64,000 nucleotides of DNA from an uncultured Nitrososphaeraceae archaeon (lineage in GTDB: Archaea > Thermoproteota > Nitrososphaeria > Nitrososphaerales > Nitrososphaeraceae): assembly GCA_963837175.1 (NCBI GenBank), contig CAWIMJ010000010.1, positions 1 through 64,000 on the forward strand, in the 5' to 3' direction. Of this stretch, positions 45,771-57,226 are shown piece by piece; the stretch's first letter is position 1; each line of letters begins with the position of its first letter. The translations under genes and the position numbers were made by a program. The notes under the pieces are model-generated. The model ran no database searches and was not told the DNA's origin. It saw only the letters and a program-made list of their open reading frames with translations.

Positions 45771-46473
45771 CTTTGTTATTTGTTCTTTTATTTCAATTTG
45801 ATCACTATAGGCGTGAGATGTTATGGTCAGATTATTATTAATCATCTATTTAGCACCGCCCAGTATCTACCAACTAGGACTTGCACTTGAAATGTCTATT
45901 TGAATTTGAGATTGTCTGATATTTATGAAAGTTCAAAATATCAGTTAGATTGTATACTTCTTTTTAATACTTTGAAAAGACACTAATAATAAGAAATTAA
46001 CTACTAATGACAGATTAAACAATAAAGAATGTCCTAAAACCTTATTTTGTGGTGAATATAACTGTATATAGAATACAAGAAATACATACCGGTCCGATCT
46101 GACCTTCTTTCACTGGTCTGTTCTGCTACCATGTATTCCACAAGTCAGATCGGAACGAGTATTTTATCTGTTGTTAAACATCTATTAGAACTAGAAGATA
46201 AAAATAATGCAAACATAATAGTAAGTTAGACTGACTTATTTAATTTCATAATAATGAATATCCTTCCATTTAATGGACTTTTTATAATTGCTCTGTTATT
46301 TATGATGAAAACATGAAAAGTCTCTGCAATAATAGCAAAAGCCACATTTTTTGCATACCGGGTCTAAAAGTGTTGGAATAAAGTCAGAATAGCAATTAAA
46401 GCATTTCATCTTATACTACTATGTACGATATAGTTCAAAGTAAGATAGCTCCAGAAAGAGATCTACTATATCA

Positions 46474-47052
46474 TTATGCAACTTTAATACTTACTTCAAT
46501 TGCATCTTTGACATTTGGAGTATATTCCAATGTAGTTTCAATAGTTCTGCTCTTATATATTCTATAATTTCTTACATAGTCTAAATAATCTAGCATTTCA
46601 TCTTTCGATACTTCAACATTATCTGCAATAATAACAGATCCTCTATTTAGTTTCTCTTCGCTTAATTTTAGATACTTTAGGTATTCATCCTTGGAAGCAT
46701 CTAGAAATAATAGATCAAATTTCCAATCAAGGTTAGGAATTATTTCTAAAGCATTAGCAACAATAACATCTATTTTTTTGTCCAAGAGTCCAGCATCGGC
46801 TATATTTTTTCTTGCAATATCTGCAATTAATTTATTGACTTCTATAGTTATTAATTTTCCATCTTCAGGCAGCATTTCAGCCATTAATATTGCAGAATAA
46901 CCATACAAGGTTCCAATTTCAAGAATATTTGTCGGTTTGTATTTCTTGATAATTTTTGCTATAATTTCACCTTTGATAGGACCTATAGAAGGAATAAATT
47001 TATTTTTGGCCATTCTTTCTAGAGATTTTAGAACTCGGGACACTTCATTCAA
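46474..47052 (-). CDS. Class I SAM-dependent O-methyltransferase
   Basis: ILEIGTLYGYSAI, FDLLFLDA, IIADNV; TTG at 47052 chosen, ORF extends to 47094. Confidence 0.92.
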   Translation of the reverse strand: MNEVSRVLKSLERMAKNKFIPSIGPIKGEIIAKIIKKYKPTNILEIGTLYGYSAILMAEMLPEDGKLITIEVNKLIADIARKNIADAGLLDKKIDVIVANALEIIPNLDWKFDLLFLDASKDEYLKYLKLSEEKLNRGSVIIADNVEVSKDEMLDYLDYVRNYRIYKSRTIETTLEYTPNVKDAIEVSIKVA

Positions 47053-47177
47053 TTTACATCTATATATTTTATTGATTATTAAAAATATCATCATAAGATC
47101 CGAAAGTTAGCTAGGTCGGTGGCTTTTATAGTGCAAGTATTTCTAACAAAGAGGTTTCAGTAGTTGACAGGTTATGA

Positions 47178-47498
47178 CTATTTTTTCCTAACGATTGCTA
47201 AAAAGAATAAGACTAGGATAGCAAGCGAGGAAGAAGGTATTATTATATCAGTATAGGGAGTATTAAATGATGCTTTAAAAGTTTGCTCAAGATATTCATA
47301 AAGTAAAAAGGCGACAAACAGACCAAATGCAACTATGGCGTATTTTATTTTTTTTATACCCGTATTTTTATAAGCAGAAATTGATAGTGCTACTAATATA
47401 ACTGAAAATATCGCACCAATTACATAGATTATACCTTCTATAGTATCATAAATTCCAATGCTAACAAATGATGCAATAATAATATGCATTATATGCAT
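47178..47498 (-). CDS. Small multi-TM membrane protein, translationally coupled to the upstream regulator
   Basis: Start overlaps the stop of 47498-48070; three to four hydrophobic segments. Confidence 0.78.
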   Translation of the reverse strand: MHIMHIIIASFVSIGIYDTIEGIIYVIGAIFSVILVALSISAYKNTGIKKIKYAIVAFGLFVAFLLYEYLEQTFKASFNTPYTDIIIPSSSLAILVLFFLAIVRKK

Positions 47499-48070
47499 TA
47501 TTTTTTTTTATTATTATTATTATATTCTTGTCTTGATAAATGCAGAAACATTTCACCTAATCTATTGCTCCAATTATCCCATATGCGAGGATAATAATTC
47601 TTCAACAGGCCTATTATATATTTGGAATTATCGCTATTAACACCGGTTAATTGGTATCTCTTGTATCTTCCGTCTTTAATCTCACTTATTATTTTAAGAG
47701 TAATTAAGCGTCTAACATGCCAGTTTACAGACGCAGCTGATATTCCCATACTGTTGACAATGTCTGTTTGAGTAGGGTTTTTCTGTTCAATAACAAACAG
47801 AAGGATTTCTCTTGCAGTTTCCTGGTTTAAAACTTGTAGTATATCTTTTTCATTATCGTGAAAAAGTCCAGATAGAAAATAAAATTTATACAAACCGCGT
47901 CTAATGGAAGTTATCCTTCCTCTTTTTTCTAGTCTAAATAATTGATATTGAACTGAACCCATTGACATGCCAATCTCATTTTTGATCCGACGTAGATGAC
48001 AACCAGGATTTTGTTGAATATACACCAGCACTTTACTATACATATCATCTCCTTCAAGTTCAGCCTTCAT
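47498..48070 (-). CDS. Tandem winged-HTH transcriptional regulator (ArsR/MarR-like)
   Basis: NPGCHLRRIK...SVQYQLFRLEK and PTQTDIV...SVNWHVRRL. Confidence 0.9.
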   Translation of the reverse strand: MKAELEGDDMYSKVLVYIQQNPGCHLRRIKNEIGMSMGSVQYQLFRLEKRGRITSIRRGLYKFYFLSGLFHDNEKDILQVLNQETAREILLFVIEQKNPTQTDIVNSMGISAASVNWHVRRLITLKIISEIKDGRYKRYQLTGVNSDNSKYIIGLLKNYYPRIWDNWSNRLGEMFLHLSRQEYNNNNKKK

Positions 48071-48179
48071 AATAGATCAACCTATCCCAAATCACATAGA
48101 AGAATCATAATATTATTATTGTTATCATCATTATTGTTATTACTATTAACCACGGCTAAAGGAAGTGTTATTCATTAAT

Positions 48180-48302
48180 TGTGAGATGAGTAATGCATTT
48201 AATTTAAAGTATAAAGCATAGTAGTAGCGCTAGTACTACTGTCCAATGAACTTAAATTCTTTACTCAGCAAGTGCTAGTCATATTTAGACGATTGTATCA
48301 CA
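48180..48302 (+). repeat. Direct repeat copy 1 (123 bp)
   Basis: Near-identical to 50110-50235. Confidence 0.9.
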
Positions 48303-48735
48303 CTGTCTTATTTATAATAAGTAAAAGGTAGTAATAATGCAATCGAAGCTGCATTTGGAATTTCTAATAACAGTATATTTATATTGTTGGTGCCAACCCT
48401 TTAGCAACTGCTTTGAATGTTTGTGGAAAATCTGATGTAACTAGTGTGCATAATAATAAGAATAAATCTTTGAGACCTCGTCCAAATATACGGAATCTTG
48501 TTATACGGATTCCAAGTAAAGATGATCATAAGACCAATGAAGATGACTAGTCAAGGTTTGTTATCATACAAGGTATTTGTGAAGAATTAAGAGATATTGT
48601 TAGATAATCTCTATGTGCTAATAGTAGTGCAATTCAGTAAAGAAAATCAAAGGAAGTGACTGAATATCTCAAATAAAATAATATACTGTATGAACATGTT
48701 TAATTACTTATCAAAAGAGGTGTTATTGAATAATC

Positions 48736-49455
48736 TTGATCTATTACATTTTTAACAGCAGCAGTGTTTTGCTAATAACAATGATGATGTTAACAGCTAC
48801 TCCAGTAACCTTTACTTTAAATGACATAGTAGATAGTATTACATCATGGATATCAAGTGCAGGACCGGCTGGTGTATTTGCAGCAACATTGCTTGAAACA
48901 ATATTTCCACCAATTCCAAGTGAAGTTATATTTCCACTGATAGGTTTTACTGCACAAAGTAAAGGGCTTGGATTTGGAAACGCAATAGGAATGGCCACTA
49001 TAGGAGCATTAGGTTCTACCATTGGAGCAATAATGATTTATTTTATTTCTTTAAAGATTGGAAGACCTGCAATCCTTCGAGTTGGAAAATATGTTTTAAT
49101 TAACGAATCAAAATTACAAAGAGCTGAATTATGGTTTGAAAAACATGGAGCGGTAGCTGTATTTGCAGGAAGGCTAGCACCAGGCATTCGCGAAATAATC
49201 TCTATTCCGGCTGGCCTGGGTAAGATGAATATAATAAAGTTCATTTTGTTTACCTTCGTTGGTTCTCTAATTTGGAGTATCAGTCTAACAATTGTAGGAT
49301 ATTATTTTGGAGAAGCATGGAGTAAATTTGCTAAAGAATCATCAGAAATTTTTAACATAGCTGCTCTAATAATAATTGTAGGAGTTGCAGCAGTAATTGG
49401 ATTTGGATATTATAAAGAACACAAATCGTCGTCTTCAAATAAACGACAACAATGA
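48736..49455 (+). CDS. DedA/SNARE-associated family membrane protein
   Basis: LETIFPPIPSEVI, WFEKHG...GRLAPGIR.ISIPAG; start likely one of the downstream ATGs. Confidence 0.92.
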   Translation: MIYYIFNSSSVLLITMMMLTATPVTFTLNDIVDSITSWISSAGPAGVFAATLLETIFPPIPSEVIFPLIGFTAQSKGLGFGNAIGMATIGALGSTIGAIMIYFISLKIGRPAILRVGKYVLINESKLQRAELWFEKHGAVAVFAGRLAPGIREIISIPAGLGKMNIIKFILFTFVGSLIWSISLTIVGYYFGEAWSKFAKESSEIFNIAALIIIVGVAAVIGFGYYKEHKSSSSNKRQQ

Positions 49456-50109
49456 ATAATAATATCTTGTTGGTGGCGACCAAATCCTATTAAGATAAGG
49501 CAGTGGATTCTAAAACAAGCTCAAAATTATTTATATGATATAGAATATATGATGGCAAGGCCAGTATACTCAGAATTACCCAAGATTGCGAAGTATTAGA
49601 CGGTAAAGGTATAGTTGGAAATGAGGACCTCTAAACAAATATTATGACTGTGGAATAAAGAATAGCCTTGGAATGCACTTGATCTTGTAACTAAGAAACT
49701 ATTGGATACAGAAAATGATCCAGTCTTTGTGACGAAATTAAAAAATTTTGAACCATAATTTAATAGCGGTTTGAAACAGGTGCAGGATGAAGAGAAAGTA
49801 GACGAAGTATGAGATAAAGAAGTATCTTCCACACTAAATGCTAATGTCGGTTTGGTAGACTTTGGTGGAAAAGGAAAGTACAGCTCTTCTGAATTTAGAT
49901 GGTCTGGTACATTGGACCAACTGCACATAAGTTTCTTAAATCGGATAAATTAGATAAACAAATGAAAATGGTATATTTGTAGACAACATCAGCTGTGGTA
50001 ACATTATCATTTTAAACTAAACCAAAAGAGAAGGTCGCCTCTCTCTTGCATTATCTTCTTCATATTCTCCCTTTTTTAAATCTCGAATGAATATATCCAG
50101 TGATAAATA

Positions 50110-50235
50110 TGTGAGATGAGTAATGCATTTAATTTAAAGTATAAAGCATAGTAGTAGTAGCAGTAGTACTACTGTCCAATGAACTTAAATTCTTTACTCA
50201 GCAAGTGCTAGTCATATTTAGAGGATTGTATCACA
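50110..50235 (+). repeat. Direct repeat copy 2 (126 bp)
   Basis: Near-identical to 48180-48302. Confidence 0.9.
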
Positions 50236-50272
50236 GATCTTTTATAGGATGTTATTTACCTACTACTACAAC

Positions 50273-50669
50273 AATGAATACAAAGAAATCAATGTCAATT
50301 GTCGCACTAGTTACAGCTGCCCATATTCGCATTATCAACTGTTGTTGTGATGCCTGTATTGGCCAGTACTAGTAGTAGTAGTGACGATAGCAGCAGCAGG
50401 CAGATGGCGATAGCAGCAGCAGCAGCGGCGATAGCGCAGCAGTAGTAGTAGTGCTAGCATGAAATTAGATGATTTTAAGACATGTGTTTCCGATATGTCA
50501 AGTGGTTCTGACCCACAACAGGGTATAAGAGACTGCTTCCAGCAAACCTTCAGCAGCAGCCTTGGCACCAGCGGCACCAGCAGCCCCAGCGGTAGCAGCA
50601 GCAGCGGTAGCAGCAGCAGGCAGCAGCAGCGGTAGCAGCAGCGGTAGCAGCAGCTCCAGTGAATCATAA
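50273..50669 (+). pseudogene. Secreted Ser/Gly-rich protein with a two-Cys core, frameshifted in several places
   Basis: MNTKKSMSIVALVTAA / IFALSTVVVMPVLASTSSSS / MKLDDFKTCVSDMSSGSDPQQGIRDCFQQTF; AGC/AGT tracts. Confidence 0.65.
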
Positions 50670-52072
50670 AGATAATAAGCAAAAGTAAAAAATAACAAAA
50701 ACAGCTGCACGTACGAGATATCCTTTTCTTTCTTTTTTTATAGTTTTTTTATGAACTTGGTTTTGCTATTATAAAATTAATATCTAAGCTTAAAATGATA
50801 GTAAAAGCAATCAATGCTAAGATTTTTATTTTTATAGTTTTCAGAGATTTCCATGTTCTCTCACATATTCATAAAAAATACTAATCAAAATAGAGTGAGA
50901 ATCAGGTATAAAATCAATTTTATTTACTGTACTATTCAGTATAATAGCCAATATCTATTATTACCTGATTTCTTTCTGACATTTGGACGGGACAGTAATA
51001 TTCTTCTTGTTTAGGAGAAGTTGTAACGGCTTACTATAGTGTAACTCAGATAAATACAAAGGTCTCATGAAAATTTGAGTAGCAATCTTTAGGAATACAG
51101 AGAGTATGTTGCTAATCAATTCTATAATTTGCAATGAATATTAAGTTCCCATAAAATAGCGATATAATTAACATATGGGTATAAGTATTGCATCAGCCAT
51201 GAGCGGAGGACAGGAAAGAGAATTTGAAGAAGGTGCCGCAGGAACAAACAAACAAAAGAATCAAATTTTAATACTACTCTTTTCTTATGATATTTTTCTT
51301 TATAACTATACAAGTAAGCATCATCCTTCTGAAAGCTGTTGATATTCTGTGACCTCTAGTCATACCATGACAGCTAGGAAAATATAAAAAAATAAATTAT
51401 TACGAACTAAAGTGGCTGCATTCTATATCAGTATGTTGTAGATAGGTCTTAATAGTCTCATTATAATCTATAAAAACAACTATGCAGTGTAATGCCTCTT
51501 CATTTACAAGACGTCTTTTGAACTACCAACATATTCTGTTCTTCTGAAAGTTTGTGTCTTGGTCTTTTTGCTTTGTTGTCATATTCTTAATTATTAATAT
51601 TAATGCACTATCTGATAAGTCTCTGGATTATTTTGTGAGAGGATAAAATGCCATTGAGTTTGACTATTATCTTATTTAATAATATAGTTAAGAATAATGA
51701 ATCTGCAATCAATATATAGTATACGTGCTGTTGATGACTAAATGGAGAAGATTCGTAGTAGAAAATCATATATAAAAGAAAAAGATAAATTTGTCGAACA
51801 GCGAAAAAAAGAAGAAAAATCATCAAATGAGATCTATTCGTTGGTAGATAAAGCGTATTATGTAGACGAACTCCTTTACAAAATAGGCAGATAGATCCAC
51901 TCAACTAATATAACTCTCCTGTTGAGAGTAAGAATTGCCTCTTCATGGTATTCTGCTCTATAAATACTATATTTGAACAAAAAACAAGCAGCCAATTACC
52001 TTAAAAATCACCTTATGCAAACAAACAAAGAATAGATGCTTTGTATGTCGATGAAGTCTAAAAAGAATATTT

Positions 52073-52183
52073 ATGAGCAATACAGAAGCATCAGAAGATA
52101 ATACCGAATCTCCTTCGAGATATGGAAATGAAACTTATAAGGGATATAGAAAGGAGAAAAAGAAACCAGGAACAAAAGGATGA
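52073..52183 (+). CDS. 36-aa hydrophilic microprotein
   Basis: MSNTEASEDNTESPSRYGNETYKGYRKEKKKPGTKG*. Confidence 0.4.
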   Translation: MSNTEASEDNTESPSRYGNETYKGYRKEKKKPGTKG

Positions 52184-53293
52184 AAAGAATTAAGCGGTCT
52201 GAACATATTATATAGTATGTTCAGGTTGTCCACCCACATTATTTGCCTACTATTTTTTCCTCATATTTTCTAATAATTAAAACATGAAATAACAGGCTGT
52301 AAATCAGAAATATAACTATAATGATAATGTATTCACAAAATGATTACTTCTTAACGCTAAACAGCCTGGTGCGTTCAATTTTAGACCAACATCAAACAAT
52401 ACTACATGAAGCAGAAGATAAAATTTTATCCATAATTTATTAATCAGCATATGAAAATTATATTCGTCTATTTATTTCAGTCTTTGGCTACATATGACTC
52501 CAGTTTTACTTTAAAATCAGCAGTAGCAGGTTGTCTTCTTCTTGTTGTTATTGCATTACTTTAAACGATAATAGCATTTTTCAGCAAAAAAACGCAACTT
52601 TCAAGGTTCTCTTTTTTTCTTTAATTGAGGTAAAATAATACATTATAATTTCAACTCTGTGAGTATAGGAGAAGTAAGGGTAGATCTTATAACATTATTT
52701 GCCAGATCCGGAGCATTTTACAAAATAGAATTCTGAAGCAAGATTTGATTTTATTTTTATCTCACTTATTACCTATTCATCTGGTCAGTAAATCACAGGT
52801 ACGGTAATAATTTTAGAAAATCCAGAAGGAAAAAGTTGAAGGGATTTGATATTGTATTAAGTGGCATAGAATTTGCTGTTGCTCAGTGATTAAAATGAGT
52901 AACCACAATTGAGAAGTATGGAACAAAATCATACTTCGAATCTCGGATCCTTTGTGCATTCACCACCATGATGTAATACTTTACAGGCAACATATGCTCT
53001 CTATTAGTTGTTAACGCTCCATCGTTGTGACTAAAATTAAAAACTCTCAAAAAGTTATAAAATGCCATGTGAACAAGTAGCAGTTTCTTTTGATAGTTCC
53101 CATCCTTTTGAAATGGCTGGAGTCCTGTATTGAATTCATGCGTATCTAATGTTCTTCTATAAAACATATCTTGATAGTAAGTCTTAAAGATGAGTGCAAA
53201 GTGATGGCAAAGAAGATAGAGATTCTATTTTTTGATCTAAAGGACGAATTTAAGATATTGAAATTAAAATAAGTTAAGAATAGTTCTTTGTAA

Positions 53294-54355
53294 TTATCTT
53301 GTTTGATTTTGTTGCTGTTGCTGTTGTTGTGGATATGGTAATGGTAACTGGAAGAAAGGAACCCCTCCACTGTTACCAAGAGAATAAGGCAATTGTCCAT
53401 TCCACTTGTTAATTGATTGCCATTGTAGATATTGGGGATTTTGACGTAGTTGTTCATTAATAATCTTGATAGCTTGTGATTCTCCGTTAGCTTTAGCAAT
53501 ATTTGCTCTGGCTTGTGCTTCTGCTTGTACAACTGTCTGATTTGCAATCACCTGTATCGATCTCAGATTGTTCTGCTCGGTCAGATATTTTTGGAATGCT
53601 ACTACTTTTGCTTCAATTTGGGCAGCAAATGATTGTGAAAACTTGAAATCAGTTATAAATACTGTCTCAACAACTATGTTTCTATTGGAAAGTGTATTCC
53701 GTATAGCATTAGCTATTACACCCTTTGCAGTCTCTCTTTTAGTTATAAGCTCTTCAGCATTGAATTTTGCAACACTTGCTTTAACTGACTCCTGTATCGT
53801 AGGCGCAATTATTCTATCAGAATAATCAGCTCCAAGCTGCTGGTATATTAGATTTGCATCACTTGGGTCAATATGATAGTTCAACGCTATTACTGTCTGT
53901 ACTTCTTGTAAATCATTGGACGCTGCCGATGCCTCGGCTTGATATTTTAGAGTGCGCACTTCTAATTGTATTACCTGCTCAGCAAATGGAATTACAAAAT
54001 GTACTCCTTCTCCCAATACCCTGTTTTCTACGGCACCTAAGTAAAGTACGACTCCTCTATGTCCTGCTTGTACTATAACCACAGATTCAGCCATTACTAT
54101 TATTATGACAATGAATGTCGCTATAGCAGCTATAATTTTTAATTTGTTTGGTGCTGTAGGCAAACCTGATATTATAGAAGACCTATCTGATCTACCACCG
54201 TCTCTTATTAGATTATTGTCTGCATCGTATGAATCTTGTCCTACTGGTCGAGTCATTTCTCGCCTTCGTCGTTGAAAGATAAGATTTACTACAAAAGCAC
54301 CTACAATAAGTATTATTATAAGCGTAATTGCCATTGACAGGTCTATAATAGCCAA
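53294..54355 (-). CDS. Prohibitin/SPFH (band 7) family membrane protein
   Basis: VQAGHRGVV...GEGVHFVIPF, SNDLQEV, VAKFNAEELITKR, KWNGQLP. Confidence 0.93.
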   Translation of the reverse strand: MAIIDLSMAITLIIILIVGAFVVNLIFQRRRREMTRPVGQDSYDADNNLIRDGGRSDRSSIISGLPTAPNKLKIIAAIATFIVIIIVMAESVVIVQAGHRGVVLYLGAVENRVLGEGVHFVIPFAEQVIQLEVRTLKYQAEASAASNDLQEVQTVIALNYHIDPSDANLIYQQLGADYSDRIIAPTIQESVKASVAKFNAEELITKRETAKGVIANAIRNTLSNRNIVVETVFITDFKFSQSFAAQIEAKVVAFQKYLTEQNNLRSIQVIANQTVVQAEAQARANIAKANGESQAIKIINEQLRQNPQYLQWQSINKWNGQLPYSLGNSGGVPFFQLPLPYPQQQQQQQNQTR

Positions 54356-54422
54356 TTGTTACTGGATAATATATCCACTTTTGACCATTTAAGTACATCT
54401 GATGATTTAGTTATTCTTACAA

Positions 54423-54755
54423 CTATTGTAACGGATTAATCGAATGCCCTATAACATCATTACCTTTCCTCATAATACAGCATGCGCATTTTTGTTGCAA
54501 GCATACTTTAGCCTGTTCATGTTTGCAAATTAAACAAATACATGCTTGTTTAGTAATCGTGGTAAGCGTTCTCTGCTGTTTTGATTTCTCATCAGCATAA
54601 AGCCATAACAAAATTAGAGGTATACCTATTGCAAAAAATATGAGTATTGTTCGTATAGGTATCCGGAAAACAAATAATGATATTCCGAAACATAAGGTAA
54701 CTATACCTAGAATTGAAATCCAACGTGTTGTTTTATCCATTATATATACACACAC
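54423..54755 (-). CDS. Two-TM protein with Cys-rich cytosolic tail
   Basis: CICLICKH...C...CACC. Confidence 0.72.
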   Translation of the reverse strand: MCVYIMDKTTRWISILGIVTLCFGISLFVFRIPIRTILIFFAIGIPLILLWLYADEKSKQQRTLTTITKQACICLICKHEQAKVCLQQKCACCIMRKGNDVIGHSINPLQ

Positions 54756-55027
54756 ACCTGTCGAATGTACTGCATCTCTTCATCAGCAGCTTCTGTATCA
54801 GATGATGATTGTTTTATTATCATTTGTTTGTGTTTTTTATATTTCCTTCTAAGGTCTAAAATTTCTATTAAGTGCTCTAATGAAAGTTTTGATATTGTAG
54901 AGTCACACTGGATATCCTTCACATCAAGCCTTTCTTCAGTTAATCTAACTGTCTTGTCTTGCTGCTCCATTTCTTCTATTGTTAATATATTGTTTGCCAA
55001 AAATCCGTAATAAGTAAATTGATTCAT
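54740..55027 (-). CDS. Hypothetical protein
   Basis: 95-aa ORF co-oriented and overlapping with the next gene. Confidence 0.55.
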   Translation of the reverse strand: MNQFTYYGFLANNILTIEEMEQQDKTVRLTEERLDVKDIQCDSTISKLSLEHLIEILDLRRKYKKHKQMIIKQSSSDTEAADEEMQYIRQVCVYI

Positions 55028-55361
55028 AATTATACATAGTGTAATACTACCAGCCTACTAATTACTATATAGGTCGTAATTAATAACGGCACAGGTACAT
55101 CAGCTGCCCTGATTACTTTATGGTTTACATGTTCTTTATATAATTCTATTATTGCATATTTGTCAATATAGATGACAGCTTGGTGTGTATACTTTGTATT
55201 TTTATTATTATTTCTCTAAACTATTCTTATTTCTTATTATTATTATTATCGAATAAAGAAAATTTTAGTGCAATGCCATATATATTTATGGTAGCATAAA
55301 GCCCTGAAACTAATTGCTTTTTGACTGACAGTCATCAAATTTAATTATAATATGTCACACA

Positions 55362-56148
55362 GGCTCTGTTAACTTAGCGATAAATCTATAGCTGGATGAA
55401 TCCTACTTCTTTTATGCACATATTTATTTAAAAGAAACAGAACGTCTGCAAAGTACGTTTGTTATGGGTTATACTTTATATTATTTTTTAGGATTATCTT
55501 TTAGAGATACCTCAAAAGCTTTATCTCCATTTGTTAAAAAAAAGAAGTCATGTTTCAATTTGAAAGTGGTTACAGCAGCATCATTATAATCCCCAAAAAA
55601 TATACTGTGTAAAAGAAAAAGGATTTCTGAATTTATCATTGATGAAACCCTAATTCATTCAAATAGGCAAGGACTATTTCTGGTTATGGATTGGTTGCTA
55701 TTATAGAACCATCCAATAAATAAGGAAGTAAGTTTTAGGAATTCACCTTTCATTGGAAAGAAGAAATATGATTGTAGTAGTAGAGCAGAACAGTTTCTGA
55801 AGCATTTAGTAATAAAATAGGCAAAACTTAAAGTATCTTCAGATGGCGGTGGACATGGTAGCTACCACCACCACAAGCCTGCAAATTTCTGAAATTAAAA
55901 CATCATCATCATCTACATATATTCTTAATTTGAAAAAAGTATCATCATATATAGAAATAAAGAACAGGTACAATATTTTAAGGACAGGACTGAAAGTTTT
56001 GATGATTATTATTATTTTCCTTGTACTAAGAAGAAGAAGAAGAAAAGATGCAAATTGTATCACGTTATAAATTGGTTGAGTATTTTTGCGGATATTCATA
56101 ATAAACTTATTCAAAATGAGATGATGATGTTCTTAAGTTAACAGAACC
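55362..56148 (+). mobile_element. Decayed IS6-family element (787 bp)
   Basis: TIRs GGCTCTGTTAACTTA / TAAGTTAACAGAACC; perfect 8-bp TSD GTCACACA (55354-55361, 56149-56156); transposase fragments KRNRTSAKY, FIIDETLI, DGGGHG. Confidence 0.92.
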
Positions 56149-56606
56149 GTCACACATTATAGTCAATTCATATACAGTAAATGTAAATGAAAAGTGTATG
56201 CCTATGATTATACTAGCAATCACAACGACTGGAAGCAAGAATCATAACTTTCAGTTAGATATTTAGTTGCTTGTACCACAATATATTATAAAGACGAAAA
56301 AAATTGTAATGAGTAGTTTTTACATGAAGTTACATTTTCTAGATATTCATCTTGTTAATTTCCATAGTAAAATTAAAAATCCGAATAAAGAATACACATA
56401 TTCTCAAGATTGTTTGCTGATATACTAAAAAATGACTGTGCAAAAGAAATAATTTTCTTATACCTTTTGTGCTGCCATTTCCAATATTAACATTTGCTAT
56501 CTATCCTCATTATCGAAATTACAGGTGAAAAATATCCGCATACGGTGGTGCTAGTAACAATAATAGTAGTAGCAGCAACTGGAATGGTTCTGCTAATACT
56601 AAAAAT

Positions 56607-56849
56607 ATGACATCTTTATCTGCTGATTTTAATTTTGCTGCCGTTGGAGATTGGGAATGTAAGGCCAAAACAAATAACACTGCAAATAACATAGTTGGTA
56701 AGAGCCCAGAATTAGTACTGGCGCTGGGCTACCTCTCATACAAACCTACTGCAGATGGCTGGTTTCAAATAATAGGTCCTATAGATGCTAAAATGAAAAT
56801 TGTAACAGGAAATCATGACGTAGACCCTTTCTCTTTATTTAATTTCTAA
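56607..56849 (+). pseudogene. Metallophosphoesterase N-terminal remnant
   Basis: FAAVGDW, LG(D>Y)LSY, GNHD, then truncation. Confidence 0.8.
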
Positions 56850-56923
56850 TTTTTTAGTTGATGAAAAGCCTCCTATTTCTGTTAGCTCTTTTATCCTATG
56901 CCAACCTCTTATTCTAGAAAATA

Positions 56924-57196
56924 CTATGTTATAACATCGTGCTCAACGAGGTTGTGTACATAAAGCGATTTTAAAATATCTAATACGATACCTTTGATAT
57001 TACTTGACACATAATTTGCGGGTGGAAATAGAATTGTTAGTATCAATATTGTAAGGTATACAATACCTATCATTATGGCAAATTTAGCTAATGTATTAAT
57101 GATGTCAAGGTTGCCAAACTTATAATAATTCATTATATTGGCATTTAAAGGATCATAATATCTTGGTTCTTCATATATGTTAAGATATATGTTCAT
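56924..57196 (-). CDS. Small single-TM hypothetical protein
   Basis: 90-aa ORF downstream of and co-oriented with 57227-57745. Confidence 0.45.
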   Translation of the reverse strand: MNIYLNIYEEPRYYDPLNANIMNYYKFGNLDIINTLAKFAIMIGIVYLTILILTILFPPANYVSSNIKGIVLDILKSLYVHNLVEHDVIT

Positions 57197-57226
57197 GAAA
57201 TTAAAGTTAGAAAGCAGAGGTGTTGA

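Noticed and set aside
50335-50710. Minus-strand Leu/Ala/Cys-rich ORFs
   Set aside because: Antisense readings of the AGC-rich tracts of the plus-strand Ser-rich gene.
55839-56114. Overlapping 91-aa and 75-aa ORFs
   Set aside because: Both lie inside the decayed IS6 and are off-frame or antisense transposase debris.
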